Of a stretch of DNA of 64,000 nucleotides, positions 46,401-56,883 are shown piece by piece. The DNA is from a virus: positions 126,951-190,950 of the IMG/VR virus record IMGVR_UViG_3300042892_003815; one strand, given 5' to 3'. Every line of letters starts with the position of its first letter. Within the stretch, counting starts at the first letter, position 1. The notes beneath the pieces are model-generated. The model had not been told where the DNA came from and made no database searches. It saw nothing but the letters and a program-made list of their open reading frames with translations. The translations under genes and the position numbers were made by a program.

Positions 46401-49194
46401 ACCCACGACATATCCTGTTAGAGTTGGTGATGTAATCAGACTAGAAAGTGATGTAGTTGATGGTAATTTTGTTGTTAATAGAATTTCACGACTATCTATT
46501 CCTTTGAGCACACCACCAAATGAAACATTTAGAGCATCAAATCCAACATTTAATTATCTTTATATGTTTACTAACTTTAATGAAAACATCATTACAAATT
46601 TAAGTAAAACAAGTAATCCTATAAATATAATAAATCTAAATAAATATAAAACAGTTGGTGAATTAAAAAATAATTTTAATGTACACCCAATTTCTAATGG
46701 TTATGATTTAACTTATATACCATCTGGATCAAGTGTCACATCAAATATTACAATAAATGCCAAGTTTAATAATTTAACATCTTATTATAATTTAGCAACT
46801 AATGTATTTGTCAATGACAATTCGCAAACTGTTACAGGTACAATGTCATATACTGGTGGATTTCTGAAATTTGGATATACCCCTACATATAATCTATTGG
46901 ATTATTTAGAACAATTAAATGATATTACAAATCCTAAATTTTATGCAAATAAAGAATACTTAGCAATGCCTGATTATAGATCGATTCCTATGCCAAATGC
47001 AGGTAGTCTACAAACATCTGAAGTCTATATTGATTATAATTACGCAAAAAATAAAATTATTTTTGGAACAGACTTAGAATTAGAATGGGAAAGTATATTT
47101 ATAAATACCTTTATTGATCTTGTTATATATGATTCAACCACTTCTTATACTACAGAAAGACTGCTAGTTATGAAGAAGTATTTACTTTCAGATCCAAATA
47201 TCGCACCATTTGATGTTTATATTATAGAGTTCCATAAAGAAATAAACTATCCAGCCAACGTTTTAATAAATGGTTTACCTACTTTAATGGATATTAAATC
47301 AAGACGTACTTTATTACAAATAAGTTATGACTTACAAGAGTTAAATAATATACAAAGAGGTTTATTAAAGAAAAAGAATTTAGTACTTGGTTCAGAGTTT
47401 TATAACTACGAACGAGACTTAAACTTTAAGATACCAACTGATTCATATGCAAAGATATTACTATCTGATGTAGATACTATTAGAGAATTATCAGCTTTAA
47501 TTTATATTGATTATAAAAATGAACTAGCAATGAATATTACAAGACTTGATAAAGAATATAATATTCCTATTATTGGTACTACTAATTATAACTCAAAAGT
47601 TTTAATAATATGTAAAGATAATCATGATTTAAAAACCGGTGACAGTGTTACACTAGAGTTTAATGGTGGTACTTTCTCATCTCAGTTTTTAAATCAACAA
47701 TACTTTGGTTATCAAAATGTAACAGTAGTAAATTCATTAAATTTCTATGTTGACTTACCTTTTGGTGCGAATACGGTTGGTGATACTGGATTTGTTAAAT
47801 ACATTAAAAGAGATCCATTTTTAAATTATCAACCAGTTGATATTGTTGATATTGGTGTTGATAAAAGAGGTAAAAATGCAATAGAATTAGGTATTGATAA
47901 TTTAAAGTTATCAGGTGATATTTATAGTTTAGTAAATGTTGATTTTAATAAATTTAGATTTAGATTAGTTGATGGCTTAACAATTGAGACACTATCATTA
48001 AATTATCCTTGGATATTAGAAGCAGAGATTACTGATGCTATAATTGGTACTGATGCGAATAATATTATCTGGTATAAAGGTAATTGGGAATGTGGTAGGT
48101 GGTTTGGTGGTACTTGGATATCAGGTATTTGGAAATCAGGAGACTGGTATGGCGGTACTTGGAATGCCAAAAAAATCAAAGATAATTTAATATCGGTTGA
48201 AGTTGCTAATAATACATCAGATAAGTCATTATCTACTTGGTTTACCGGAAGATGGTACGACGGTACTTGGAATGATGGTGTTTGGGTTGATGGTAGATGG
48301 TACGGTGGTACTTGGAATACAGGAGATTGGTATAAAGGTACTTGGAATGATGGTACTTGGAATGATGGTGAATTTTCTGGTGGAGTTTGGATAAATGGAA
48401 CCTGGAACAAAGGTATTCTTAACTGTAACAATGATCCTACATTTTGGATTGATGGTAAATGGAATGGTGGTGATTTTGAGAATGGTATATGGTATAAAGG
48501 TATTTTTGAAGAGATAAATGGTTTATCTAGATTTGGAACAAAGGCATTTAATAGTAGAACCGCAACTTGGCATGGTGGCCAATGGTTAAGTGGAAGTTTT
48601 TACTCAAAAATGATCTTAGACAATAATGATAACCCTGAGGTTTCCTTATCACATAAATATTCAATATGGCATACTGGTTCCTGGTACTCTGGGGATGTAT
48701 ATGGTGGTATTTTTTATGATATAGATTTTAAATCAGGTGTTTGGTATGGTGGTATATCAGAGGAAATACAAATAATACAAGTTAAAATTGATTCTACAAC
48801 AAGTAACTCTTATTTAAAATTAAATGGTGTATTTAGATTTAATATAGGAGATGAAATTACTATTGTATCTAAGGGATTACAACTTTCATCCAATGGTATT
48901 TTATATAGTGAATATTTTAATAGAGAAAGATATAAGGTACTTTATGCAGAAGCACCAGATTTAGATAATAAAACAACTAAAATTTATTTTGATTCAGATA
49001 GTTTATATTATTATGATGATGATGCCTATGTAAATAACAGAGGTGGTGTTGAAACAAAGATGAGAATTGTAAGTAGATTTAGGAATGCTGATTGGAGATC
49101 AGGTATTTGGACAAATGGTATTTTTGAAACTGGATACTGGCAAGGTGGTATTTGGTATGATGGTACTTTCGGTGAAAAAGCGAAATGGAGTTAA
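43423..49194 (+). CDS. Very large putative virion/baseplate protein (beta-propeller-like region, P-domain-like insert, WxxG repeats)
   Basis: 1923 aa; YCF48/BNR-like stretch (WICGDDGILLK, VIVGDLNTI, YIVGNSGVFL), LKTPSG…SINGNWTLYV, C-terminal GxWxxGxW repeats. Confidence 0.7.
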   Translation: MWTFNTDYNKWVTVKDKISKNNFDYLKQELASTRFYSKCLSGATYLPINNLDNIYDILGEYEPRNWYVSNVGSVYTSGVIPTNFKSPITNLTSYDFYEKYVSEYGLTLKNLFTPDRLIKDSVKNFIYVDLATTTNFLDLGATFNELYIDGIRVLNDHRILVKDQISTTVLPFDRDPNTYFKGNYTLVQDYGATIEYNFYNSDNGIYTFNKGKLYKTTELSDYADCIRYSVSVKLGNINTQKQFHLSRLLNGYYPTTSLNEPIEFREKQNWLLRNRVDYNNLFEINYYDVVKYTTQSYYLDGVTYSIPERSIAIGEFGVILNTQGGLSNIIPNKYKVNLRSISQTEKYYWICGDDGILLKVRKHDFTIEKIETNVTTNLKSVSFYNDLKGVIVGDLNTILIINDGLTCNKIIVDDFDSYYYNKAIFYSSSNIYIVGNSGVFLELKEDIQGWDVYKRRVSRFIDDFEEYLLVDNINDIYITKDLNWGLSFSYSTQSCLPDKEILLLTTAENKIIVYDINSSIPNFDFIYLSFKEDYGDIKSITRFEGTGTSSNIFYFNWLKNNGQGGISSFNLNTFDYVGVDNIYSNTTTNSQTAQPESNLYVNKIFNYNATELLVCGNSSLLLSSNYNNTLVFNTPDPTLDSRLKSKMLFLDYDIASKLNFFTDLGDYRLPNEAKFYLSSTASNFLISSTSSALPLFTNTVTTDTITISNDRPIPLNIEVNLNLNTTSINRLLVNLKTPSGRIINLKRNNSGTGLTFSNTKFCTNTGYTYFSNTPDIIYNNMKYQMDKVLGVGSPGWISNTNLLSELFSGSSINGNWTLYVDVIEPFSISPISIFERRRPLNVPAGTFSNWNINFIYQDSNIVSLTASGSNLWFDPLVYGATAPSFMTQSETNWLTYWKDTEKTFRYYANGTASPLDESTKVLISTTFSYFTNSGSFSVVSSGVTNSITQLERLAPYSIDFEKSKFNGLTGPSIIYPTVLYNIYLKDSIMIIRVPTTYPVRVGDVIRLESDVVDGNFVVNRISRLSIPLSTPPNETFRASNPTFNYLYMFTNFNENIITNLSKTSNPINIINLNKYKTVGELKNNFNVHPISNGYDLTYIPSGSSVTSNITINAKFNNLTSYYNLATNVFVNDNSQTVTGTMSYTGGFLKFGYTPTYNLLDYLEQLNDITNPKFYANKEYLAMPDYRSIPMPNAGSLQTSEVYIDYNYAKNKIIFGTDLELEWESIFINTFIDLVIYDSTTSYTTERLLVMKKYLLSDPNIAPFDVYIIEFHKEINYPANVLINGLPTLMDIKSRRTLLQISYDLQELNNIQRGLLKKKNLVLGSEFYNYERDLNFKIPTDSYAKILLSDVDTIRELSALIYIDYKNELAMNITRLDKEYNIPIIGTTNYNSKVLIICKDNHDLKTGDSVTLEFNGGTFSSQFLNQQYFGYQNVTVVNSLNFYVDLPFGANTVGDTGFVKYIKRDPFLNYQPVDIVDIGVDKRGKNAIELGIDNLKLSGDIYSLVNVDFNKFRFRLVDGLTIETLSLNYPWILEAEITDAIIGTDANNIIWYKGNWECGRWFGGTWISGIWKSGDWYGGTWNAKKIKDNLISVEVANNTSDKSLSTWFTGRWYDGTWNDGVWVDGRWYGGTWNTGDWYKGTWNDGTWNDGEFSGGVWINGTWNKGILNCNNDPTFWIDGKWNGGDFENGIWYKGIFEEINGLSRFGTKAFNSRTATWHGGQWLSGSFYSKMILDNNDNPEVSLSHKYSIWHTGSWYSGDVYGGIFYDIDFKSGVWYGGISEEIQIIQVKIDSTTSNSYLKLNGVFRFNIGDEITIVSKGLQLSSNGILYSEYFNRERYKVLYAEAPDLDNKTTKIYFDSDSLYYYDDDAYVNNRGGVETKMRIVSRFRNADWRSGIWTNGIFETGYWQGGIWYDGTFGEKAKWS

Positions 49195-49223
49195 AATTAC
49201 ATTTTAAATTTAATATATAGTAT

Positions 49224-49649
49224 ATGATAAAGAAATATTCACAATTTATAAACGAAGCTGATCAAACTCAAGTTGAACCACAAGCTCAACTAGAGAAACC
49301 AGAAGGCATTAAATCTTTAGATGACTCTAAATATACTGAAGTTAAAGAGGAAATAAATAAAATGATTGAAAATACCATTCAAAAAAGTGGTGGAGAGTTA
49401 AAATCATTTATTGAATCATTTGAAAAGAATCCAGAAGATGTTAAAGTTGAAGGGTTTATAAATGACTCTGATATATATGACTTTTATTTAAAATTCAGAA
49501 ATGATGTTGATGAGATTCTAAATAACATAAAGTTCTATGATGAATCGCCTACTGAAGTAAATGCGTTTGGGTTATATGAATATGTAATAAAAGGAACAGA
49601 ACGAGCTTTTATGGAAGTCGTTAAAATGATAAACAAAAATCCTCAGTAA
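49224..49649 (+). CDS. Hypothetical protein, capsid-targeting-like N-terminus
   Basis: 141 aa ORF starting MIKKYSQFINEA. Confidence 0.8.
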   Translation: MIKKYSQFINEADQTQVEPQAQLEKPEGIKSLDDSKYTEVKEEINKMIENTIQKSGGELKSFIESFEKNPEDVKVEGFINDSDIYDFYLKFRNDVDEILNNIKFYDESPTEVNAFGLYEYVIKGTERAFMEVVKMINKNPQ

Positions 49650-49660
49650 TGAGGATTTTT
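49635..49660 (+). terminator. Intrinsic terminator overlapping the stop codon
   Basis: AAAAATCCTCA-GTAA-TGAGGATTTTT. Confidence 0.8.
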
Positions 49661-49716
49661 CATTTAATAGAGGTTTGATTTTTTTATATATATGAAAAAC
49701 TATATATTGACTTTTT

Positions 49717-52404
49717 ATGGCTACACCATTGTATAAATCACTAAAAACTAACGGTACTACGTTTTATGCTTTCCCTAGTGCCGCAGAAGATATTTCAGCA
49801 GCATATCAGAACTCAAACTATAAAATGTATTTTTCTAAATATGCTTTATTAAATCTACCAAAGCAAGTAACTACAGATAGTCTTACTGGTGTCTCACCAA
49901 CTGCATCACAACCAATTTATTTTGATTTTGATGCTACATTTAAAAAGTCAATTGCCGCAACACCTGCTGCTTCTTTTAGTGAACAAATAATTGAATCATT
50001 AAGAAACTATGTTGCTAATCAAGAAGTTACTATAAAAGAGTCAAAACTGAATAATACTGAGTATTACTATGATAATAATGCACTTGAAACTACAACTGAG
50101 AAAATCTTCTTCAAGTGGGCTAAGAAATTAAATATAATTGATTTTGAACCTGCTATTCCAGATGATGAATACTTTAGTAATTTAGCAGAGTTTCAATCCG
50201 GTAATGTAAATGATGACCAATACTTTCCAGAGTACTTATGGAAAGAAAGAGAAATTGTTGCTTGGAGTGTTAGACAATCTTTTCAATCAACTGTCAATGG
50301 TTGGTTGGCAATGGAGTTTAGTAGTGTTACTAACTTTAGAGTTGGAGATATTGTTAGAATTTACGGTAGTGTTATAACAGATGTAAGTCTTTCAGGTATT
50401 GAAACTACAACTGGTATTCAAGTTCCTATTCACTCTATAATACCACCTACTGGTAATAGTGGACAGGTAGTTATATTTAAAGATCTTGATGCTACAAATT
50501 TGGATAGTAATCCTATACAAGAAACTGCAAAGGTAGAATTAGTTTATAATAAGTTAGTTAGATATATTGGTGAAGTACAAGGTGTTAGTAATGTTCAACA
50601 AGCAAATCGTTCTTATACAGAAGTTCACGCTCACATTCCAGATCATACTGGACAAACTCCAGATATTCTTTTTAGAACAATGACGGATGTGAATTATATG
50701 CCCAATAAAACATTTCCTATTATTCCTAGTCAATATCAACCAGAGATAATCGGTGCAGAGTCATTTAACTCTCCGATTGTAAATACTCCACAAAATTACC
50801 CAGGTTCTTACTTTGGACAATTTGATACTGTTGACTTTACATATGAAACAGCACCTGGTGATTCAATCAGAAGAAGTGGCTCATATTACGGTATAAATGG
50901 TAATATAAACTCACCAATTGTAAATGGTAAAACGATTGATGGTATAACAATGGACTTTAATACAAGTCACTATGTTAAAATGAATATTCTAGGTAGAAAC
51001 TTAACTAACTTTGATCAATTTAATGCGTTAGAGATAAATAATTTACCACCAGTTGCATTTGAATTTAATGCTATTTTATGGTATTATACTGTTGAAGACA
51101 ATACTGGTAAATCTACAACCAATCTATATGGTGTTTCATTTTTAGATAATCCAGATAATAATGTAATTCCAGAAGAAACTAGTCTGAGATTCCCAACTTA
51201 TAAAAAATTTGTGACTAATGGAATACAAGATGGTACTTCATTTGCATTTAGTTTAAATCTTAACTTTAATATAATAAATGAAAACCCACAAGATTCATAT
51301 AATCCAGATGCAATAAACTCTATGTTTAGTATGAACTTGTTTAATAGTTCGATGTCTAAACTTGCTGCGACGAATGATAGTTTTATAAATTTACTTGCCG
51401 AGCAAGGTAATGTTAGAGATGAAGTAACTTTCTTAAAGAGTTTAATTTATACACAAACAGATTTAGCGACATTAAATACCAAGATTCAAAATCTTGAAAG
51501 TCTATTAAGATTATATTCAACTAATCAAATTGTATCATCAGATACTATAAATGTAACTACGATACCAGGTACACCACCTTATATACAATTAGATGCAACA
51601 AATACTTCATATGAAAGAGTTTATGTTTATAATGCAACTGATATGTATAGTTCACAAGGTATTATACCTGCAACCTTAGCGGTTCCTAATAATAGAGACT
51701 TTTTAGTACATTTTACTAATAATGATGAGGTTGAGTTGGATTTACCTAATAATGATAAACTAACTTTCATTTTTGACAGAGATTTATATTATAGACAATC
51801 TGTTGATATTAATATTGTTGGTGGTGATTATTCTACTCAAAACAAAATGTTAGATATTTATATGAATACTGATATTGTAAATACTACTCAAACAACAACA
51901 CAAGTTTTACTAGCAGGTAGTATAAACTTACCAGTTTATTATAATTCATTTAATCAACAACCGAACTCATCATACTTATGGAATGAGTTTAAATTTGAAA
52001 TAGATTTATTAGATATAAATAAACCAATACTTTTGGATGTTGGTTCTATATTGAGAGTACCACTAAAGGCTCCTCAATATTTAGTAACAAATTCAATTAA
52101 AACAGGTGATGTTATTCACTTAAATAACTTATTTGTTGGAACTTCTTCTATTTATGATTTCTCTGGTCAATATACTGTTCAATCAGTTCCTTCAGTAGAT
52201 TCATACATAATATTGGATATTAGTTCAAATGCGAGTTTAGTTAATTATGGATCAACTGCTTCATTACCATTGACTTTAAATTCAACACTTTCTAATTTTC
52301 CGTATTTTAGTTTTAATAAAGGTAAAAAAATTAGAATAACTAGAATATCAAATTCTACTGTGTTAAAGGAAAGATATACAATAAATATTGAAGATATTAA
52401 GTAA
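49717..52404 (+). CDS. Putative virion structural protein
   Basis: 895 aa; late-type promoter; central coiled-coil; located in structural cluster. Confidence 0.7.
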   Translation: MATPLYKSLKTNGTTFYAFPSAAEDISAAYQNSNYKMYFSKYALLNLPKQVTTDSLTGVSPTASQPIYFDFDATFKKSIAATPAASFSEQIIESLRNYVANQEVTIKESKLNNTEYYYDNNALETTTEKIFFKWAKKLNIIDFEPAIPDDEYFSNLAEFQSGNVNDDQYFPEYLWKEREIVAWSVRQSFQSTVNGWLAMEFSSVTNFRVGDIVRIYGSVITDVSLSGIETTTGIQVPIHSIIPPTGNSGQVVIFKDLDATNLDSNPIQETAKVELVYNKLVRYIGEVQGVSNVQQANRSYTEVHAHIPDHTGQTPDILFRTMTDVNYMPNKTFPIIPSQYQPEIIGAESFNSPIVNTPQNYPGSYFGQFDTVDFTYETAPGDSIRRSGSYYGINGNINSPIVNGKTIDGITMDFNTSHYVKMNILGRNLTNFDQFNALEINNLPPVAFEFNAILWYYTVEDNTGKSTTNLYGVSFLDNPDNNVIPEETSLRFPTYKKFVTNGIQDGTSFAFSLNLNFNIINENPQDSYNPDAINSMFSMNLFNSSMSKLAATNDSFINLLAEQGNVRDEVTFLKSLIYTQTDLATLNTKIQNLESLLRLYSTNQIVSSDTINVTTIPGTPPYIQLDATNTSYERVYVYNATDMYSSQGIIPATLAVPNNRDFLVHFTNNDEVELDLPNNDKLTFIFDRDLYYRQSVDINIVGGDYSTQNKMLDIYMNTDIVNTTQTTTQVLLAGSINLPVYYNSFNQQPNSSYLWNEFKFEIDLLDINKPILLDVGSILRVPLKAPQYLVTNSIKTGDVIHLNNLFVGTSSIYDFSGQYTVQSVPSVDSYIILDISSNASLVNYGSTASLPLTLNSTLSNFPYFSFNKGKKIRITRISNSTVLKERYTINIEDIK

Positions 52405-52450
52405 ATAGATTTTTAATTTTTAATATATACATTAAAATTAATAATTTATT

Positions 52451-53605
52451 ATGGGATGTCAATCATCATTATTTGGGACTAGTGCTCAATATATCAAAGT
52501 AAGTGGAGGAGATTTTATTGCAATAGAAGGTGCCAATACAGTGGATAGACTTACTGTTTCTGATTTAAGAATGCCTTACAAGCAATTACTTAGAAGTAGA
52601 GTAATACTTAAAACTGGACAAACCAATTACTTATTAAATCACTTAGGACTAGGTGACAATGCAACTTTTCTTTGTATAAAAGCTATTTATGATCAAAAAT
52701 CCGTTATCGAAGAAGATAACTATGTAAAGTGGAGTTTTTATGATGATATGGCCAAAGTTCATACAATGGCACAAATGATGGTTTTAACTGGTAACTCAAC
52801 TAATAGAATCAAGCAACTTTATCTATCAAATCCAAGTGAAAAATATCCAGTATCATTAGATGTTATGGTTGGTGTTATTGATGATACATACACATTCTTT
52901 AATGACTCTGTAAATCAGTCAAGTACTTCATTTGTTGGATTAAATTGGACAGATATACAAACACATATTGTTGGAGAATCATTTAAAATAAATGATAAAG
53001 GAACTCCGGTAAGACCTTTAATTTATATAGAGATAGTAAATATTGAAACAATTGAGAAAACTGGTTCAATTTTAATTATAGATGATGCTAGTTATGGAAC
53101 TATTTTCTTACAGTTTTTAACTGAATATGATGCTTATCAAGCACACTCTTTATTAAACTTTATTATTGAAAATCCTAATATAGATATTTCTGAATACCAA
53201 TCAGGTGATAACGAAGACCCTATAATCTACTTCTATAGCTCAGTTGGTGACTTAGACAATGATTTTATTGCTTTAGATGGTGATTTAATCAATGGTCCTT
53301 ATAATACATCAATGGGTCTAACTTTCTCTACTGAGTTCTCTTTATTGACTTATGGAACTACTGCAAGTGGTGGTACTTCAAGCATAATAGATAAGTCACA
53401 ATTGATCTATTTACTAGTTGACAAAATAACTGATAATAGAGAAGGAACTATGTCAATGCAACCATCCAATATAGTTATAAGTAACGCAACTGCAAGTATT
53501 TCAACAATACTTATACCAGGTACTTATTCACTAACATTTAATTTCTCTGACATAGCACATAATACATTAGAAGGTATTCACATGGACCTTACAATAACAG
53601 CATAA
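52451..53605 (+). CDS. Putative virion structural protein
   Basis: 384 aa; late-type promoter at 52421-52429. Confidence 0.65.
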   Translation: MGCQSSLFGTSAQYIKVSGGDFIAIEGANTVDRLTVSDLRMPYKQLLRSRVILKTGQTNYLLNHLGLGDNATFLCIKAIYDQKSVIEEDNYVKWSFYDDMAKVHTMAQMMVLTGNSTNRIKQLYLSNPSEKYPVSLDVMVGVIDDTYTFFNDSVNQSSTSFVGLNWTDIQTHIVGESFKINDKGTPVRPLIYIEIVNIETIEKTGSILIIDDASYGTIFLQFLTEYDAYQAHSLLNFIIENPNIDISEYQSGDNEDPIIYFYSSVGDLDNDFIALDGDLINGPYNTSMGLTFSTEFSLLTYGTTASGGTSSIIDKSQLIYLLVDKITDNREGTMSMQPSNIVISNATASISTILIPGTYSLTFNFSDIAHNTLEGIHMDLTITA

Positions 53606-53619
53606 AAATAAATTAAATA

Positions 53620-56600
53620 ATGAGTTATAGTTACGATAAGTTTTTAAGACCAATCACTTCTTCTGATAAAAGTATTAAAATTTTAGATAATACTAATGAT
53701 ATTAAATATACAATAGATCCGTTTGTTATTATAAATGTTGCGGTTACTAATAATATATTAAGAATAAGTTTAAAGTCATTAAAAGTCATTTTATTAGATT
53801 TTTCTACTTCTAATGAAGCAAAAATTTCTTTAATTAGAATACAAGAACAGATTGATATTTTAACTAATAAAGTTCCAATTCTAATAGATAAAGATATCCA
53901 AAACTATATTCAAAGTCAAATTGAACAAGTTGGTATTATTATTGGACCTACCGGACCAACTGGGTCTACTGGACCACAAGGTTTAACTGGATCTACAGGT
54001 TCTGCAGATAGATACTTTGCAACTTCAAGTACAACTTTTCAAGTTCCTGTTGTTGGTGAGTATGTTGAGTTATCAACACAAGAAGATTTAGCATATAGTT
54101 CCGCACAAAGTATTGTTATCTATAGTGATTTACCAAATTTATATAATTCTGATTATGAAATTGACGGTACTTATTTTGTAGGTCAGATTGACTATTATGA
54201 TTCAGAAACTGGTGATATGTCATTAGTAACTACTTTCTCATCTGGTTCAGGAACTTACAGTTTTTGGTATCTTAATTTAAGTGGTATGGTTCCAGATACA
54301 GTAACAAGCTCTGTGCCGTTAGATTTAACAAATCTAACAACTGATATTATACCAGCAGTAGATAGTTTATATAGTTTAGGAACAAGTGCATCACAATGGA
54401 AAAGTTTACACGTTTCAGGACAAACAATTTATATAGGTGGTGTTCCTTTATCAACTGATGGAGAATCATTAGTTGTAAATAGTATAAATTTGGGTACAAC
54501 AGTATCTCCTTTAATTTTATCAGCCAATAATGATACTTTGTTATTAAATGGTACAGGTTCTATAGGTGCAACCGGTGCAGATGGTTTACAAGGTCCAATC
54601 GGTCCGATAGGTGCAACTGGTTTACAAGGTCCAATCGGTCCGATAGGTGCAACTGGTTTACAAGGTCCAATCGGTCCTACTGGTGCAGATGGAACCTCTA
54701 TAAATTTATTAGGTTCACTTACCGATTATAACGAATTTATAATAGGTCCTGGTGCTAGTAATGGAGATAATGTCGGAGATTCTTGGATATTATTAAGTGA
54801 TGGTAGTTTATATACTTGGAATGGAACAAACTGGTTTGATGCAGGTGATTTAAAAGGTCCTAAAGGAGACCAAGGTGAAATGGGTAATCAGGGTCCGATA
54901 GGTCCTACTGGTTCTCAAGGAATTCAAGGTTCAACTGGTCCAGCAGGTCCACAAGGATCGGCCGGTGCATCTGTTACGTTATTAGGTTCATATACAGATT
55001 TAAGTTCATTTAATTTAGGTGCAGGTTCTGCATCAGGTACAAATCAAGGAGATTCATATATTCTTTTAGACACTGGTAGTTTATATACTTGGAGTGCTTC
55101 TGCATCAATTTGGTTTAATGCAGGTGATATTAAAGGTCCCGCAGGTCCTCAAGGTCCTGTTGGTCCACAAGGTGTTGCAGGTGTCGCTGGTGTTGCAGGT
55201 GCACAGGGTTTAAAAGGTGTTACAGGTTCTCAAGGAATTCAGGGTGCACAAGGAATTCAAGGTGCAACCGGTCCTCAAGGAATTCAAGGAGTTACTGGTT
55301 CTCAAGGAATTCAAGGGGTTACTGGTTCTCAAGGAATTCAAGGAGTTACTGGTTCATCTGGTGGTTATCTTAAAATAACACAATTACTAAACAATGTAGT
55401 ATCTGGTTCAGGTACAACAAATGGTCAGGCAATTGTAACTGCTTGGACCACATCATATACATCACAAGCAGGTAGTACATTATTATTTAATTTAAGTTTT
55501 ACGGCTTGGATATTAAATTTAATAGGAACAAGACAATTTGATATACTTGTAGATAGTTCAGTTGTTTCATCAACAACATTTTTCTTTAATCAATTAAGTA
55601 CACATACAACAATACCCTGTTCATTTAACGTTGAGAATTTATCTGCAGGATCTCATACAATAGAAATACGTATACCTGCAAATACAATAGTTGATACTCA
55701 AGATTATGCAAACTTTTCAATTATTGAAACAATGAGTAATGGAGTAACAGGTGCTCAAGGTGCAACGGGTCCAACAGGTCCTCAGGGGGCAACAGGTTCA
55801 ACGATTATCACAACTCTTAACTTTACACAATCTAATGCCAATTCAATATCAGGAGTTACTACCACTGGTACTACTATTGTAAGTACTACAATAACATCCA
55901 CTGGTTTACCAATACAACTTATTGCAACAGGAGATGCCAATCCAACATCTGGTGCTGGACAATGGTGTCAATTACAACTTTATAGAAACTCAACTGCAAT
56001 AGGAAAAATAGTTCAAGCAGAGTCATCTGCACAAAATGAGAATATACCTTATACACTAAATTTTATTGATACACCTGGAGTAGGTACATTTATTTATTCT
56101 GTTAGACCAGTTACTATAAATGGTACATGGCAATTTGGTGAAGCAAGTGGTAATCACATTACTGCAGTAGAATTAGGTGGTGTTCAAGGACCTACTGGAC
56201 CTCAAGGATCTACAGGTTCTCAAGGTATTCAAGGAGTCACAGGACCAACAGGTTTTGGATTACCCACCGGAGGTACTATTGGTCAAATACTAACAAAAGT
56301 AGATAGCACTAATTATAATACACAATGGATAGATAATGGAGTACAAGCAACATATATTATGGCAAATAATGGATCTGCTCAAGTTATTCCTACTGCCACA
56401 CAGGTTACAATAACTAACTGGTCTAATCAAACAACAATAAATGCATCAGAATGGAATTCAACTACCGGAGTATTCACAGCAACAAAATCAGGAATCTATT
56501 TAGTAACAGGTAATTTGACATATGCAAGTGTTACAGATACCATAAATGCAGAGTATTCAATGAACATCACTAAGAATGGTATAGTTTTAACACAAGCAAG

Positions 56601-56790
56601 ATTTTTTGTTCCGTTAAATCAAACAAGTTCATCTTTCAAACAAACTAATGTTGCAACCGCAATTATTAGTGTTACTATAGGTGATACAATTGCTGTAGCT
56701 GCAGGACAATTTACTGGTTCAAATAGAGCATTACATACCAATGGTAATACAATCACAATACAAGAACTACCTAGTAGAATCATTAGATAA
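53620..56790 (+). CDS. Collagen-like tail fibre with C1q-like C-terminal domain
   Basis: Several (Gly-X-Y)n tracts; C-terminal [18 protein letters not shown] typical of C1q/TNF-like heads. Confidence 0.8.
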   Translation: MSYSYDKFLRPITSSDKSIKILDNTNDIKYTIDPFVIINVAVTNNILRISLKSLKVILLDFSTSNEAKISLIRIQEQIDILTNKVPILIDKDIQNYIQSQIEQVGIIIGPTGPTGSTGPQGLTGSTGSADRYFATSSTTFQVPVVGEYVELSTQEDLAYSSAQSIVIYSDLPNLYNSDYEIDGTYFVGQIDYYDSETGDMSLVTTFSSGSGTYSFWYLNLSGMVPDTVTSSVPLDLTNLTTDIIPAVDSLYSLGTSASQWKSLHVSGQTIYIGGVPLSTDGESLVVNSINLGTTVSPLILSANNDTLLLNGTGSIGATGADGLQGPIGPIGATGLQGPIGPIGATGLQGPIGPTGADGTSINLLGSLTDYNEFIIGPGASNGDNVGDSWILLSDGSLYTWNGTNWFDAGDLKGPKGDQGEMGNQGPIGPTGSQGIQGSTGPAGPQGSAGASVTLLGSYTDLSSFNLGAGSASGTNQGDSYILLDTGSLYTWSASASIWFNAGDIKGPAGPQGPVGPQGVAGVAGVAGAQGLKGVTGSQGIQGAQGIQGATGPQGIQGVTGSQGIQGVTGSQGIQGVTGSSGGYLKITQLLNNVVSGSGTTNGQAIVTAWTTSYTSQAGSTLLFNLSFTAWILNLIGTRQFDILVDSSVVSSTTFFFNQLSTHTTIPCSFNVENLSAGSHTIEIRIPANTIVDTQDYANFSIIETMSNGVTGAQGATGPTGPQGATGSTIITTLNFTQSNANSISGVTTTGTTIVSTTITSTGLPIQLIATGDANPTSGAGQWCQLQLYRNSTAIGKIVQAESSAQNENIPYTLNFIDTPGVGTFIYSVRPVTINGTWQFGEASGNHITAVELGGVQGPTGPQGSTGSQGIQGVTGPTGFGLPTGGTIGQILTKVDSTNYNTQWIDNGVQATYIMANNGSAQVIPTATQVTITNWSNQTTINASEWNSTTGVFTATKSGIYLVTGNLTYASVTDTINAEYSMNITKNGIVLTQARFFVPLNQTSSSFKQTNVATAIISVTIGDTIAVAAGQFTGSNRALHTNGNTITIQELPSRIIR
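54568..54690 (+). repeat. 36-bp tandem repeat encoding [12 protein letters not shown]
   Basis: GGTGCAACTGGTTTACAAGGTCCAATCGGTCCGATA repeated about 3 times. Confidence 0.85.
55220..55355 (+). repeat. 27-bp tandem repeat encoding GSQGIQGVT
   Basis: GGTTCTCAAGGAATTCAAGGAGTTACT-type units. Confidence 0.8.
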
Positions 56791-56883
56791 ATTTTAAACA
56801 CATAATTTTTATAATCATAGAAAAGATTTGACAGATTGGTTTATAATTTTTTATATATACTTTAATAAAAATATTTTAATAAA

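Noticed and set aside
101-48431. Short antisense or overlapping track ORFs (e.g. 101..367, 1332..1640, 1756..2070, 5811..6119, 8152..8451, 22925..23287, 33387..33728, 42309..42620, 48003..48431)
   Set aside because: Each lies within or opposite a longer, well-supported gene and has no promoter or recognisable motif.
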